The notes beneath the pieces are model-generated. The model searched no databases, was not told where the DNA came from, and was given only the letters and a program-made list of their open reading frames with translations. Positions 1 to 9,998 of a stretch of 52,744 nt of DNA are shown here, one piece after another (position 1 is the first letter of the stretch; each line of letters opens with the position of its first letter). Source of the stretch: Clostridia bacterium. GTDB lineage: Bacteria; Bacillota; Clostridia; Christensenellales; Borkfalkiaceae. The stretch is from the NCBI GenBank assembly GCA_900767495.1, contig CAAFZH010000104.1, forward strand, positions 1-52,744, in the 5' to 3' direction. Position numbers and translations under genes: made by a program.

Positions 1-948
1 GTTTTTCGCCATTGCGTAAACGCCGTTTATAACCTCGTCCGAACACGCGAAGTCGCCGTAGTAATCTATATCCTGCGTGATTAAAAGCCCTTTAAGCCCG
101 AAAATCTTTGCCGTTCTGCTCTTCCTTATCTCGGCGTATCTGAAACCGTGATAAGTAAATTTCGGGTCGAAAAGATATTTATCGCCCGACAATATAAGCT
201 CGTCGGTACATTTCGCCCGACGTAAGTTTGCGGTATAAAGCGAGCCGTCGAAGTTTAATACTTCGGCGTATTTTACGACGATTTTATCGCCTTCGTTTCC
301 CGCGGCTTCAAACATTATATTGCCTGCGAAGTTTTTACCGAAATCGTATCTTATAACCTCGTCGCTTTCGTATATCGCTTTCGGCAAAACAATCTCTTTC
401 ACCCTCGCCGCCTCGTAGGAATATTCGCTCATTGCCACCGAAAAATCGGCTTTAATCGCCTTATAGCGGGACTTTTCGATATTTTTCAATCTCCTCGCGT
501 CGATTGTTTCGCCGTCGAAAAAATCTGCGGAAACAACTTCGGAAATAGTTGTGAACCAATTTTCGTCTGTCTCGATTATCTCTTCTTCGCCGCCTTTATA
601 GCAAAGTTTAAGACGGGCGAAAAGTCTCAACTCGTCGCCGTAAACGTCTGTTTTGGCGCAACAGCCGAGTTTGCCTCTGTACCAGCCGTTGGCAACGGTA
701 ACTTCTATCGTATTGCTTTTTGCAAGGAAGTCCGTAATATCGTAAACGCAAAGATTGACGTATTTATTGTAATTCGTCCACCCCGGCATAAACAAATCGG
801 GGATTTCTCTGCCGTTTATTTTTGCCGAAAAGATACCCGTCGCGGTTATCGCGAGTTCGGCATATCCGAGTTCTTTTTTTAGTCCGAATTCTCTTATAAA
901 CGACGGAAGTCCGCCGTTTTCCGCTTCTTTGGTTTGTTTAATCCACAT
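1..948 (-). CDS. alpha-L-rhamnosidase (GH78), N-terminal part; 3' end runs off the window
   Basis: Absent from the ORF track because it is truncated. The reverse frame is open from ATG (948-946) to base 1, 316 codons. The translation MWIKQTKEAENGGLPSFIREF..AELAITATGIFSAKINGREIPDLFMPGWTNYNKYVNLCVYDITDFL..VANGWYRGKLG fits the conserved bacterial rhamnosidase N-terminal domain pattern (PGWT.Y..Y..YD.T..L, GWY.G). Confidence 0.75.
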   Translation of the reverse strand, partial: MWIKQTKEAENGGLPSFIREFGLKKELGYAELAITATGIFSAKINGREIPDLFMPGWTNYNKYVNLCVYDITDFLAKSNTIEVTVANGWYRGKLGCCAKTDVYGDELRLFARLKLCYKGGEEEIIETDENWFTTISEVVSADFFDGETIDARRLKNIEKSRYKAIKADFSVAMSEYSYEAARVKEIVLPKAIYESDEVIRYDFGKNFAGNIMFEAAGNEGDKIVVKYAEVLNFDGSLYTANLRRAKCTDELILSGDKYLFDPKFTYHGFRYAEIRKSRTAKIFGLKGLLITQDIDYYGDFACSDEVINGVYAMAKN

Positions 949-1416
949 TATCTCTCAGTTTTCCTTTTTTCTGAACGCTCATTACGCCGTAAGGGATTCC
1001 GCTCATTTCTGTAAGCCGGTAATCGGGTATTTCGTCGTAATCGAACCCCTCGCCCATACTTGTTTTCGCAAATGCTTTCATTATATTATTCACATTAAGA
1101 TTATACACTTTGTAAAACACGATTTAAAGCGTTTTTTTATTTTTTTATGCCATTTATTGCTTATCGAGGCAAGCGCAACCGCGACGAAAAAACACATTAT
1201 CATTAACTCGCAAATATTTTAATCAGGTTTTGTCCATACTTTTTGCCCCACGTCAGACACACTCTTCGATTATCGTTTAAATTTGTACAACTTTAGCAAG
1301 ATTATTATTTTACGATATATATTACCGTCTTACTGACGGCGGCGATATCGGTTTAGCGTAAAATCTCTTTAAAATCGCGGAATTCTGCGAACGATAACGC
1401 CGAAATATTCTTGCGT

Positions 1417-1458
1417 AAAAAATAATACGAACCGTGAAAAAAATCTACGGTTCGTATT
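1417..1458 (-). terminator. rho-independent terminator ending the long minus-strand operon and lying next to the decayed tRNA fragment
   Basis: A 12-bp perfect stem, AATACGAACCGT (1424-1435) pairing with ACGGTTCGTATT (1447-1458), has an 11-nt loop. On the minus strand it is followed by ATTTTTT. Confidence 0.7.
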
Positions 1459-1462
1459 TTGC

Positions 1463-1490
1463 ATTCAACCGCCCCAACGACGGAGTCGGA
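1463..1490 (-). repeat. decayed third copy of the tRNA-Gln 3' half (possible old att remnant)
   Basis: 23 of 28 positions match 50080-50107 and 33655-33682, in the same orientation. The match ends at the same boundary (..GAGTC.GA) as the 45-bp repeats. As with the other two copies, a terminator hairpin lies immediately on its low-coordinate side. Confidence 0.45.
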
Positions 1491-1705
1491 AGAATATCAT
1501 AATCTTATAAAAGTGCTTATTTTTATGCTTTTATTAACTTAAAATCAACGGTTTAGGCCTTTAACTGAAAAAGTTACCCCAACTTTTTCCAAATCGTATA
1601 GTCGTTTCAAAAACAAAAGCACTTTACGTATATTTTGAGGACGATTCTCTTAACCCGACTTTTTTACAATCAATTACCGCCCTCTTTAATTTAAATGAAA
1701 CGTAA

Positions 1706-3388
1706 TTACGACGATTTTTTTATGCCCCAGGAAACGATATCGGCAGAAGAACCCGTGTGAGCGGTTTTTACTTTTACGGTAAGTTTATCGCCAGAAACCT
1801 CGAACTCCGCCCACGAACTCGGCTGCGAGGCTTGCGCGTAAGCGTAAAGCGACTCGTCGTGTCCGAAAATTTCGCTGCGCGCCTGATTACCAGCAGGTCC
1901 GTTCATAACGTATATAACGCCGTCGGGATTGTTTATATAATTTATTCCGTCAATCTCGTCAACGTTTTCGCCAGTTGCCTTTCCTTCGGCGTTTATCGGG
2001 TGAGTTCTCGAAATCATATGGTCGTGTCCCTGCAATACGACGTCCACTTTAAAGCGGGCGAAAATCCCCGAAAGTTGCTCCGTAAGAGCGCGCGCAATCG
2101 CGTTATTGCCCGTGTTAGACCCGTATTTTCCCACCGAATACATAGGATTGTGCATGGTAACTATCGTCCATTTTTCGGTCTTGTTTTTAAGTTCGTTTTC
2201 AAGCCAGTTATATTGATCGGCGGTGAGTTTTAAATTATCCAACCTGTTGGTGTTAAGCATTATAAACTTAACGTTTGCATACGAAAACGAATAGTAAAAC
2301 CCGAGATCGGTCTGTTGTTGAGGTATTTTGTAATTAAAACGATTAAACGTTTCGTTTACGCCGTTTTTATAAGTCGTTTCGTGATTACCCGATATCGTCA
2401 TTACGGGAATTTTCGACAAATACTTTATGTTTGCGTTAAGCATATTGGTCCAGTAACTCTGATATTTTGAATATTCGACCACGTCGCCCGTGTGGACCAT
2501 AAATCTTAAATCGGATAATCCGCTTACGCTTTTTAACACGTTCGAAAACGCGTCGCCCGTACCCGAGCCGCCGTCCGCAACGTTTCCCTCCGCCTGCGAA
2601 TCGCTGACGTGAACGAACTTCCAACTTCCCGTTTCCGCGGCGTCAACCGTCTTTATACTCGTTTTTTCGGTATAAGTATTCAGATATTTATCGCCCACGG
2701 AATAAACGTATTCGGTATTCGGCTCCAGGCAGATTTTTGCTTTACAGGAATAATAATTTACGCCTACGTCGCGACCGCCCTCCGATTTAAACGAATTTGC
2801 AACGGCAAATTCGGCGCGTAACGATTTTTCTTCGCCGCTCGCAGCCTTTTTTACGGTAATTACGGGTCTTGCGGGCATAACCTCGGTATTCCAGGTAAAA
2901 CCGTAAACGCAATTTGCCGCGTCGTATAAAGTCATCGTCAAATTAGTCGGCGCATAGAGCGATTTTTCCTCTTCGGCGTACTCCGCAAGAGTTTTGCCGA
3001 ACGTAAAAGTATCGGCAACGCTTTTTTCGCCGCACAAAGCGCAGGACTTATAAAAAGTCTGCGGACTTTCTTCGGTCGCTTCCTCTTTAAAATACTTATC
3101 GGAAACCACCTCGCCGGTAAAACTATGTTCCGTTTTATTCAACAATACCGCGTCGGGCGTCGTTTCTACGTATATCGCGCCCTTTTTAACGAAAATCTTT
3201 CCGCAATCGCAAGTATAGTAAATTATATGCCCGTTTTCCGAACAAGTGGATTTTTGGGGTTTTACAAGCGTGTATTCGTGCGTATGCACCTCGCCCGAAC
3301 TGCCGCTTTGACTGTTTCCGCCGCCCTTACAACCCGCAAGCGAACAAAATACAATTATCGCCAAAATCAAACTGAATAGTTTTTTCAT
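1706..3388 (-). CDS. secreted lipoprotein, calcineurin-like metallophosphoesterase
   Basis: Lipobox in MKKLFSLILAIIVFCSLAGCKGG. Metallophosphoesterase motifs occur in order: VHVSDSQ, HTGDVVE, GNHE, MHNPMY, GHDH. The N-terminal region is Cys/His-rich (HTHEY..CSENGH..CDCGK..CALCGEK). Confidence 0.8.
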   Translation of the reverse strand: MKKLFSLILAIIVFCSLAGCKGGGNSQSGSSGEVHTHEYTLVKPQKSTCSENGHIIYYTCDCGKIFVKKGAIYVETTPDAVLLNKTEHSFTGEVVSDKYFKEEATEESPQTFYKSCALCGEKSVADTFTFGKTLAEYAEEEKSLYAPTNLTMTLYDAANCVYGFTWNTEVMPARPVITVKKAASGEEKSLRAEFAVANSFKSEGGRDVGVNYYSCKAKICLEPNTEYVYSVGDKYLNTYTEKTSIKTVDAAETGSWKFVHVSDSQAEGNVADGGSGTGDAFSNVLKSVSGLSDLRFMVHTGDVVEYSKYQSYWTNMLNANIKYLSKIPVMTISGNHETTYKNGVNETFNRFNYKIPQQQTDLGFYYSFSYANVKFIMLNTNRLDNLKLTADQYNWLENELKNKTEKWTIVTMHNPMYSVGKYGSNTGNNAIARALTEQLSGIFARFKVDVVLQGHDHMISRTHPINAEGKATGENVDEIDGINYINNPDGVIYVMNGPAGNQARSEIFGHDESLYAYAQASQPSSWAEFEVSGDKLTVKVKTAHTGSSADIVSWGIKKSS

Positions 3389-3403
3389 AATTAAATCCCT
3401 TTA

Positions 3404-4897
3404 TTATTCCACGACAAACTTTAACGGAATAAATTCCCGCGAATAACTGCCTACGACCGAAACTTCCAACAAAACTTCGTTTATCGCTTTGGGCAACGTT
3501 TCCGCTTTTAATTTAACCTCTTTTATCTCGGAAATACAGTCGAGAGTAAAAGGCGTCCAATGCGGCGCGAAAATATCGAATTCCGTCTTATCTGCGGTCA
3601 TTCCTTCGGGCAGCCACAGTTTTATTCTTACCGTGTGCGGCAAATTTCCGTAAGCCTTAACGTTATTTAAAATTCTTATTTCAAGAGTTTTTTCCTGCCC
3701 TGCAGATATGACGAAACCCTCTTTACAACTCACTATTGCCGTAATTGAGCCGACCTTTTTTTGCAACGTATTTTCTTTTAAAGTGAAAAGCGACGCGCGC
3801 ATAGGGTCGGTTTCTTCGCACTTTCCGTAAGGCAAAAGGAATTTTTCGATTTCCTTATCGTCGTACTCGAAAGAATTACCGAGTTCTACCGTTACGGCGT
3901 TCATACGGTTAAACCTGAGTACCGACGGCGCAAGCGACGCAACCTTTTCCGTAAGGTCGGTACAGGTTTTAACCCTCGGGAAAGACAAACACGCGTTTAT
4001 CGTACCGGTAACGATATCGTCGCCTATATATTCGCGCCAGTCTTTGGGAATGCCCGCCGTGCCGTACATAAGCCCGAAAATCGCGCCTACGGTGCCTGCC
4101 GTACAATCGGTATCGTCGCCGCAATTGAGGGCGGTAAGCATAGACTTTTTAAAGTCGCCCTCGCCGTATAATAGCCCTATAACGACGAAACCTATATTGG
4201 ACGGAGCCTGAAACCACCCGTCGCCTATATCGGCGTTCATTTTCTGAACGGCGTTCCGCGTTTCGACAGGATTTACGCCTTTTTCGTAACTTTCCAGAAC
4301 GAATTTAACGGTTTTGGCGGTGCGACAATCTTCGGGTATTTTGGCAAGACCTATTTTGATAAGTTTTTTCAGATCGGAAACCACGAACGCCGCGCTTTCG
4401 AGAGCCGCGACGAACGCGGCAGAATAAGTACCTTCGCCGAAACCGTGATCGACTTTCGCGTCCTCGACAGAAAATCTCACGGCAAGGTCGGGATACGCGG
4501 GGGCGAGCGTCGCCCAGATTTCCGTTCTTATCCACGCCCCGTTGGAATGTTTCCACGGATTTTGCAAATCGCCGCAAAGCGGAGGCATAACGCCCTTTTC
4601 CATATTGCGGCGGGCAATACCGTACTCGTTCCAATAGCCCGTTATAAATGAAAGCCAGTATTCGCCAAGAACCTCGGAAGTAATATTACGAGGTCCCTCG
4701 AACTCGACGGCGTGCAGCCATACGAGTTGCAAATCTAAGTCGTCGTTGGGTAAAACCTCGCCTTTTTTAGTCGCAAAGCCTTTTATATCCAGGACTTCGC
4801 GCTTACCCTCGTAAGGCGCGCCTATCGTTCCGCCCATATTTTTGCCGAGCCAACAGGCGTATACTTTGTCTTTGTATGCGTTAAAATCAAGTTTCAT
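3404..4897 (-). CDS. ADP-ribosylglycohydrolase-fold protein with a ~170-aa C-terminal extension
   Basis: Motifs GGTIGAPYEG, DDLDLQLVWL and CGDDTDCTAGTVGAIFG are typical of the ARH/DraG fold. I place the start at ATG 4897 (MKLDFNAY) with GGAG 9 nt upstream, rather than the TTG at 4906 in the track. Confidence 0.7.
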   Translation of the reverse strand: MKLDFNAYKDKVYACWLGKNMGGTIGAPYEGKREVLDIKGFATKKGEVLPNDDLDLQLVWLHAVEFEGPRNITSEVLGEYWLSFITGYWNEYGIARRNMEKGVMPPLCGDLQNPWKHSNGAWIRTEIWATLAPAYPDLAVRFSVEDAKVDHGFGEGTYSAAFVAALESAAFVVSDLKKLIKIGLAKIPEDCRTAKTVKFVLESYEKGVNPVETRNAVQKMNADIGDGWFQAPSNIGFVVIGLLYGEGDFKKSMLTALNCGDDTDCTAGTVGAIFGLMYGTAGIPKDWREYIGDDIVTGTINACLSFPRVKTCTDLTEKVASLAPSVLRFNRMNAVTVELGNSFEYDDKEIEKFLLPYGKCEETDPMRASLFTLKENTLQKKVGSITAIVSCKEGFVISAGQEKTLEIRILNNVKAYGNLPHTVRIKLWLPEGMTADKTEFDIFAPHWTPFTLDCISEIKEVKLKAETLPKAINEVLLEVSVVGSYSREFIPLKFVVE

Positions 4898-4912
4898 AAA
4901 TATCAACTCCGC

Positions 4913-7900
4913 TTATGCGTTTTCTTCCCACACCGCGCCGTCCGCGGTTACTTTCCAGTTGCCGACTTTATTAGTAGCGGCAGCCAACGCCGCCATACTG
5001 TCGTAACGGGTTACGGTTTCGTAATAATAGTACTGATCTTTAACGAGTTTCCCCGCCGATTCTTTATCGTTGCCGGCGTAAGTCGCCCAATTGTTTTTAG
5101 CAACGCCCGTATTTAAATCCACGTCGGTAATCATAGCCACAGGCATAACTGCGGAAACGACTTTAACGTTGATAAGATTGTTTGCCGCGCCGTGAACTTT
5201 ATCCTGAGCGAACAACGCTCCGTAACCGAATTGAGGCGTGGGGTTGAAGTTAGTCGTTTTAATTTCGACTATAACGTCTTTTATCGTGATATTTGCATTA
5301 TAGTCAAAGAGCAAGCCCGCGCCGCGATTGCCGCCTTTCGCTTCCCTGAAGTTTTTAAATTGAATATATACGTTTTCTATTTTCGACGAAGATTTATCCC
5401 CGGCGGCAGAATTGTAAGCCAGAAACGGAGTATATTTCCATTCTTCCACATCGGACAAAATCGAATCTGTAAACGCGACGTTCTTTATAACGGCCTCGTT
5501 ACCGAGCGCGCCGAAAAGACCTCTTTCGCCAACTCTGATACCTATGATTTTATGTCCGCGCCCGTCGAATATTCCGTTAAAATACTTACTGTTTTTATCC
5601 GCCGAAACGTTTTTCCATTCGATTTCGCCTTTACACACGACGTCGCCGCCGAGAACGTAACAGCCGTTTACCGCGCCGCCCGAAACGTCGAACACCGAGA
5701 AATCGCTTTCTTCGTCGATAATCTTGGTGTAAGCGTTTAGTTTAACCTTGTATTTACCCGTCGCGCCGCAAACCACGATAGAAGTTTCGGTTACTCCGTC
5801 GTTCCTTGTCGCTACGCCCAACACTTTATTATTTACTACGTGGAGCGAAGTTCCGCCCTGATAAGCCTCGGTAATAACGGCGTTTTCGTTGCCGAAAATG
5901 TCCGCCACGGGCAAATCGCCGTCAAGCGCGGAAAATTCAACCGTTTTATCGTAATCGACGGTATCGAATTCGGGCAGTTTGCCTTTCCATTCGACAGTCG
6001 TTTCGGTAATAGTCCAGTAATTTTCGTCGTCGCCGATCTTGTTTATCGCGCCTGCTAAGGCGTAAACGTCGGCGTAACGCTTAACTCCCGTATAAACGTA
6101 TTCGTTTTTCGTCGCGTCGTCAGTTTTTCCGTCGTTAGAAGCGTAAATTCTTGCCGGATAGGTTTTACTGTATGCAACGTTATCCGATAACGGCACGCCT
6201 TCCTTTGCAACGACGTATACGTTAGTTATATTCGCCACGTTTTTCGCCCAGTTTCTGCCGCTGTCCGCAACTGCGTAATTATCCGACGCAAACATAGTCC
6301 CGTAAGCCGTGCCGAAACCCGAAGTCGAAAAACACGAAGAGTCTATAAGCACGTTGTTTATAACGTCCCACGGGCAACGCTGCCACATAAGAACGCCCGG
6401 GCGAGAACCCGCTTTTGCCACTTTAACGTAAATATTTTCGATTAACGCGCCCGTGTTATATTGCGTTTTGGAGCAGCCCGCAAGTATAGCCGAATTATAC
6501 GGCGACATATCCGCGTCGACTATGCCGACGTTGCGGATAACCGCGTTATTGCCTATTATTCCGAAAAGTCCGCCGCCAGACGCGTCGGCGGAAAATTTCG
6601 CTTTTTTAATCAAATAGCCGTTGCCGTCGAACACTCCTTTAAACGTGCCTTTATTGCACAAAGTATTCGTTCCCGAACACTCTATATCTCCCGATAAAAC
6701 GACAAATCCGTCAAAGTCGGAATTAAACGCCGACAGATCGCTTTCTTCTTTTATTACTTTCGTATACGCAACGACTTTTACGGTGTAGCCCACGGTGTCG
6801 TCGTAAACGGTCAGGACCTCTTCCGTTGCGGCGTTCCGTTTAGCGTTTACGCCGAGTATTCTGTTGTTTTCGACCGTCAGTTCTTTGCCTTCGCAATAAG
6901 CGTCTTTTATATCTGCGGTTTTACCGAAAATTTCGTCTACGGGAATATCTCCGTCCACAGCCGAAAAATACTCTACTACTTCCTCGTATTCGGCGACGGG
7001 ACGAGTAACCGTAACGGGTACGTTAAGCGTGCCTGTCTCACCGTTTCCGTCTTTAAACGAAACCGTGATTACCGCCGAACCGTATTTAAGCGCGTTTACG
7101 GTCTTGTTTTGCTCGTCGTAAGCAACGACGTCAACGCCCGAACTTACCGCCACGGAATATTCTATATCCTTTCCGTTTTCCTGCGCGGTAACCGCGAACG
7201 GATAAGATACGTCGTAAGTTTTGCCGCCGTGGGTCTGCGCGGTATAAAGCGAAACGCTGCTTGTAAGACCTCCGTTTACAACGACGCTCAACTCGTTTAT
7301 AACTTTAACGGTTATCGCTTTATTTAAACAAGGACCTTCTATTCCGTGCCACTTACCGTTTATTTTAAGTTCGGTTTCGCCTGCGGCAACGGGCGTAAAC
7401 ACGCCGTTTTCGTAAGTTCCCACCGACGAATCGGATACGCTCACGCTGAACGAGCCGTCCGTAAACGATTTTCCGTTAAACCTTACGTACGGGTTGAAGT
7501 TCAATTTGTCAGAAAAACTTACGGTTACGTTTTCTTCGTCGGGAACGCCCTCGAACGACAAAGTAGGCAGCATATCGTTCGTCGTAACCGTAACCGAGCA
7601 TTGCGCGGACTTATCGGCGTAAGTTGCCGTGATAATCGCGCTGCCGACGGAGTTGGACGTTATTTTGCCGTTATCGACCGAGGCCACCGCCTCGTTATCC
7701 GTCGTCCAGACGAGCGACGAATCTTCCGCGCCGCTATAATCTGCTTTAAGGTATAATTCGTCGCCTAAAACGACGGTTGCCTGCGTTTTGTCGAGGGCAA
7801 GCGTAACTTCCGATTGCGAGGAAGAGCCGCTTTGATTACCGCCGCCTTTTTTGCAACTCGCCCCGACTACGCAAAAGGAACATATTATCGCGACGAAAAG

Positions 7901-7936
7901 CACGCCGACGAATTTATTTTTTAAAGTCTTTTTCAT
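4913..7936 (-). CDS. large surface lipoprotein: Big_2 Ig-like domain(s) plus two copies of a ~330-aa module ending in a GLUG-like beta-helix segment
   Basis: Start at ATG 7936 (MKKTLKN) with AAGGA RBS; lipobox VVGASCKKGG. Big_2-like segment: LALDKTQATVVLGDELYLKA..ITATYADKSAQCSVTV. Internal duplication: VEYFSAVDGDIPVDEIFGK..FKGVFDGNGYLI..GGGLFGIIGNNAVIRNV versus VEFSALDGDLPVADIFGN..FNGIFDGRGHKI..RGLFGALGNEAVIKNV. Confidence 0.75.
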   Translation of the reverse strand: MKKTLKNKFVGVLFVAIICSFCVVGASCKKGGGNQSGSSSQSEVTLALDKTQATVVLGDELYLKADYSGAEDSSLVWTTDNEAVASVDNGKITSNSVGSAIITATYADKSAQCSVTVTTNDMLPTLSFEGVPDEENVTVSFSDKLNFNPYVRFNGKSFTDGSFSVSVSDSSVGTYENGVFTPVAAGETELKINGKWHGIEGPCLNKAITVKVINELSVVVNGGLTSSVSLYTAQTHGGKTYDVSYPFAVTAQENGKDIEYSVAVSSGVDVVAYDEQNKTVNALKYGSAVITVSFKDGNGETGTLNVPVTVTRPVAEYEEVVEYFSAVDGDIPVDEIFGKTADIKDAYCEGKELTVENNRILGVNAKRNAATEEVLTVYDDTVGYTVKVVAYTKVIKEESDLSAFNSDFDGFVVLSGDIECSGTNTLCNKGTFKGVFDGNGYLIKKAKFSADASGGGLFGIIGNNAVIRNVGIVDADMSPYNSAILAGCSKTQYNTGALIENIYVKVAKAGSRPGVLMWQRCPWDVINNVLIDSSCFSTSGFGTAYGTMFASDNYAVADSGRNWAKNVANITNVYVVAKEGVPLSDNVAYSKTYPARIYASNDGKTDDATKNEYVYTGVKRYADVYALAGAINKIGDDENYWTITETTVEWKGKLPEFDTVDYDKTVEFSALDGDLPVADIFGNENAVITEAYQGGTSLHVVNNKVLGVATRNDGVTETSIVVCGATGKYKVKLNAYTKIIDEESDFSVFDVSGGAVNGCYVLGGDVVCKGEIEWKNVSADKNSKYFNGIFDGRGHKIIGIRVGERGLFGALGNEAVIKNVAFTDSILSDVEEWKYTPFLAYNSAAGDKSSSKIENVYIQFKNFREAKGGNRGAGLLFDYNANITIKDVIVEIKTTNFNPTPQFGYGALFAQDKVHGAANNLINVKVVSAVMPVAMITDVDLNTGVAKNNWATYAGNDKESAGKLVKDQYYYYETVTRYDSMAALAAATNKVGNWKVTADGAVWEENA

Positions 7937-7969
7937 ATTCGTTTCCTTTAAATTACTCACGCAAGATAT

Positions 7970-9985
7970 TTACAGCGAATTCAGGTAGTCTGTAAACGCG
8001 CCGTCGGGTTCGATTTCCTTAAAGCGCGACACGCCGAGCCTTAATCCCGTTTCTTTCAGCCTTGCTTTCAGCGCGCTCAACTTATCTTGCGTAAGGTAAT
8101 CCGAGCGCAACTGCAAAGTAGCGTATGCGGGGAAAATCCATTCTATATCTATATGGGTTTTGAGCGTTTCGTAAGCGGCGGGATCGGCGGTTCTATAAAA
8201 CTCGATCGCACTTAACGCCTCGTCGCACATATTCAACCACGATTTAAGCGTAGCGTACGGAAAGTTCATCGGATTGGCAACGCTGCTTACGTACTCGGTT
8301 TCCTTTTTGTATTTCGCGTTGTGCAACCGCATGGATTCGAGCATGTTTTTCATAATCGGCGCGGCGTCTTTATACATGGCGTTCATAAACCTGTCCACTA
8401 GTTCCTCGGTATTAAGCGAAGTGTTCCACGTAAGTTTAGATTGCAGATATATACTCAGCGCGTTAAAGCCCGTGGACGCACCCGTCTGATAAGACTGCGA
8501 ATTCTGATAATAATACGTCGCGTTGAAGGAGGCGAAATACTTATACCCTTCCGCGTTGAAAAGCGAAAATCCGTCGTGGAAGTACAAATAATTCTGGAAA
8601 TTGGTGCTGTACGTCCAGAACCACATCGTGTCGGATATAGACGCCCACTTCGCTATCTGAATACGACCGTTGTCGTTCTTTTCGTGGTACATATTCAACT
8701 CTTCTTCGAGCATATTCATGAGCGCGAGCCATACCGAAACGCCCTTATCGAGTTTAAGTTCGGGGGCGTTGGGAACGTAAGCGTTCTGCGCATCGTCCCA
8801 CTTCGCGGGCGCGATCGCAAACGAATTGTACGCGAAAAACACCAACTCGAAATCATCCCTGTAATATAACGCGTTGTCTTTATTTTCTTCGAGCCATACC
8901 CTTAAATATTCGTTGACTTTGTTTATGAATATTATCAGAGTCGCCGCGGGCGAACCGTACTCGGCAACCGCTTTTGAGCAGGTATCGCAGGAACAGGTAT
9001 CGTTGTTATCTTCTACCGTAAGACTGACGGCGTTCATATTAGGATACAAATCCGTGGTATACGTCATGAGCGACGCCTCGATTTTTTCGGCGCAAGCCAA
9101 AGCCATAAGGTTAAACTCCCGCTCGTCGCCGTGAGCGGTATAACACAAAACGTCGCCCGCGTCGCCGAACCATTCGGAGTGTCTGGAATATTCGGGATCG
9201 GTACGCGGTAAATATTTACTCGAATTGTGAACGGTTGCCGACGGAGAAGTCCTGTCCGCTTTGCCGTCCGAAGTCATCTTTTCGTGTATCGGCAAAAGAT
9301 AACTGCCCGAATAAAGCGGCATACGCAGACGGTTTTTAAAGTCCTGAGTCAAAAATCCGTAATTCGTGCTGCGGCGAAGTATATCTGGAATATCGGTTAC
9401 GTCGTAATTATACAACTTCTTTTCGGTAACGTTTGTATCTATCTCCATACAATCGAGATAATACTGCTCGTAATTGAAAGTAAGTTGCATAAAATCGTAT
9501 ACGGCGTAAAGCGTACCGTATTGTCCGCCGCCTAAAATGTACACCGATTTATCCTTGGTTATTATTCTTACCCCGTCCTCCGTCAGCGACGATTTATCAA
9601 AGGTTATATCCGCGGTTTTGAATAACTCGTTTTCTCCTATCGAAATATATTTCGCGGAAGAAGTATGAGTAAGACCCGTATCGACCGCCTCGGGAATATT
9701 TATGCCCGTAGCCTGCTTAAAAAGAGTTTTAAACTCGTTTTTGGCAGTCTTTTCGATATCCGTCATTTTGGCTTTTACGACTAAAACGTAGTCCGTTTTT
9801 CCGTTTTTGACGAGATATTCGGCGGTTTCGGTAAAATTAAGGTTATGCACGCCTTCAAGCGTTGATTTATTCTCCGGTTTTGCAATAGTTTTTACGTCGT
9901 CGTTATTCTTTTTGCAACCGGACAGCGAAAAACAACTTATCGTCGCAAGCAATATACATATAAATTTAATAAACGATTTTTTCAT
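7970..9985 (-). CDS. lipoprotein, DUF4838-like putative glycoside hydrolase
   Basis: Lipobox FSLSGCKKN. The N-terminal domain pattern DYVLVV..KTAKNEF..ATGINIP..DGVRIITKDKSVYILGGGQYGTLYAVYDFMQ and the C-x-C-xx-C motif (DTCSCDTCSKAVAEYGSPAATLIIFINKV) are typical of DUF4838 proteins. It is a paralogue of the C-terminal half of 16778-19354. Confidence 0.55.
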   Translation of the reverse strand: MKKSFIKFICILLATISCFSLSGCKKNNDDVKTIAKPENKSTLEGVHNLNFTETAEYLVKNGKTDYVLVVKAKMTDIEKTAKNEFKTLFKQATGINIPEAVDTGLTHTSSAKYISIGENELFKTADITFDKSSLTEDGVRIITKDKSVYILGGGQYGTLYAVYDFMQLTFNYEQYYLDCMEIDTNVTEKKLYNYDVTDIPDILRRSTNYGFLTQDFKNRLRMPLYSGSYLLPIHEKMTSDGKADRTSPSATVHNSSKYLPRTDPEYSRHSEWFGDAGDVLCYTAHGDEREFNLMALACAEKIEASLMTYTTDLYPNMNAVSLTVEDNNDTCSCDTCSKAVAEYGSPAATLIIFINKVNEYLRVWLEENKDNALYYRDDFELVFFAYNSFAIAPAKWDDAQNAYVPNAPELKLDKGVSVWLALMNMLEEELNMYHEKNDNGRIQIAKWASISDTMWFWTYSTNFQNYLYFHDGFSLFNAEGYKYFASFNATYYYQNSQSYQTGASTGFNALSIYLQSKLTWNTSLNTEELVDRFMNAMYKDAAPIMKNMLESMRLHNAKYKKETEYVSSVANPMNFPYATLKSWLNMCDEALSAIEFYRTADPAAYETLKTHIDIEWIFPAYATLQLRSDYLTQDKLSALKARLKETGLRLGVSRFKEIEPDGAFTDYLNSL

Positions 9986-9998
9986 TTCGCACCTCCGC

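Noticed and set aside
938-1120. 60-aa minus-strand ORF overlapping the GH78 start by 11 nt. Its ..LTEMSGIPYGV.. segment faintly recalls the L.xEy...PlGi motif at the extreme N-terminus of many GH78 enzymes, so a frameshift-split GH78 was considered.
   Set aside because: The similarity is only a few residues. The ~100 aa that normally separate that motif from the WI.. region are missing. The GH78 frame has its own ATG with an in-frame stop 9 nt upstream. The evidence is too weak to call a pseudogene, but it is worth checking against reads.
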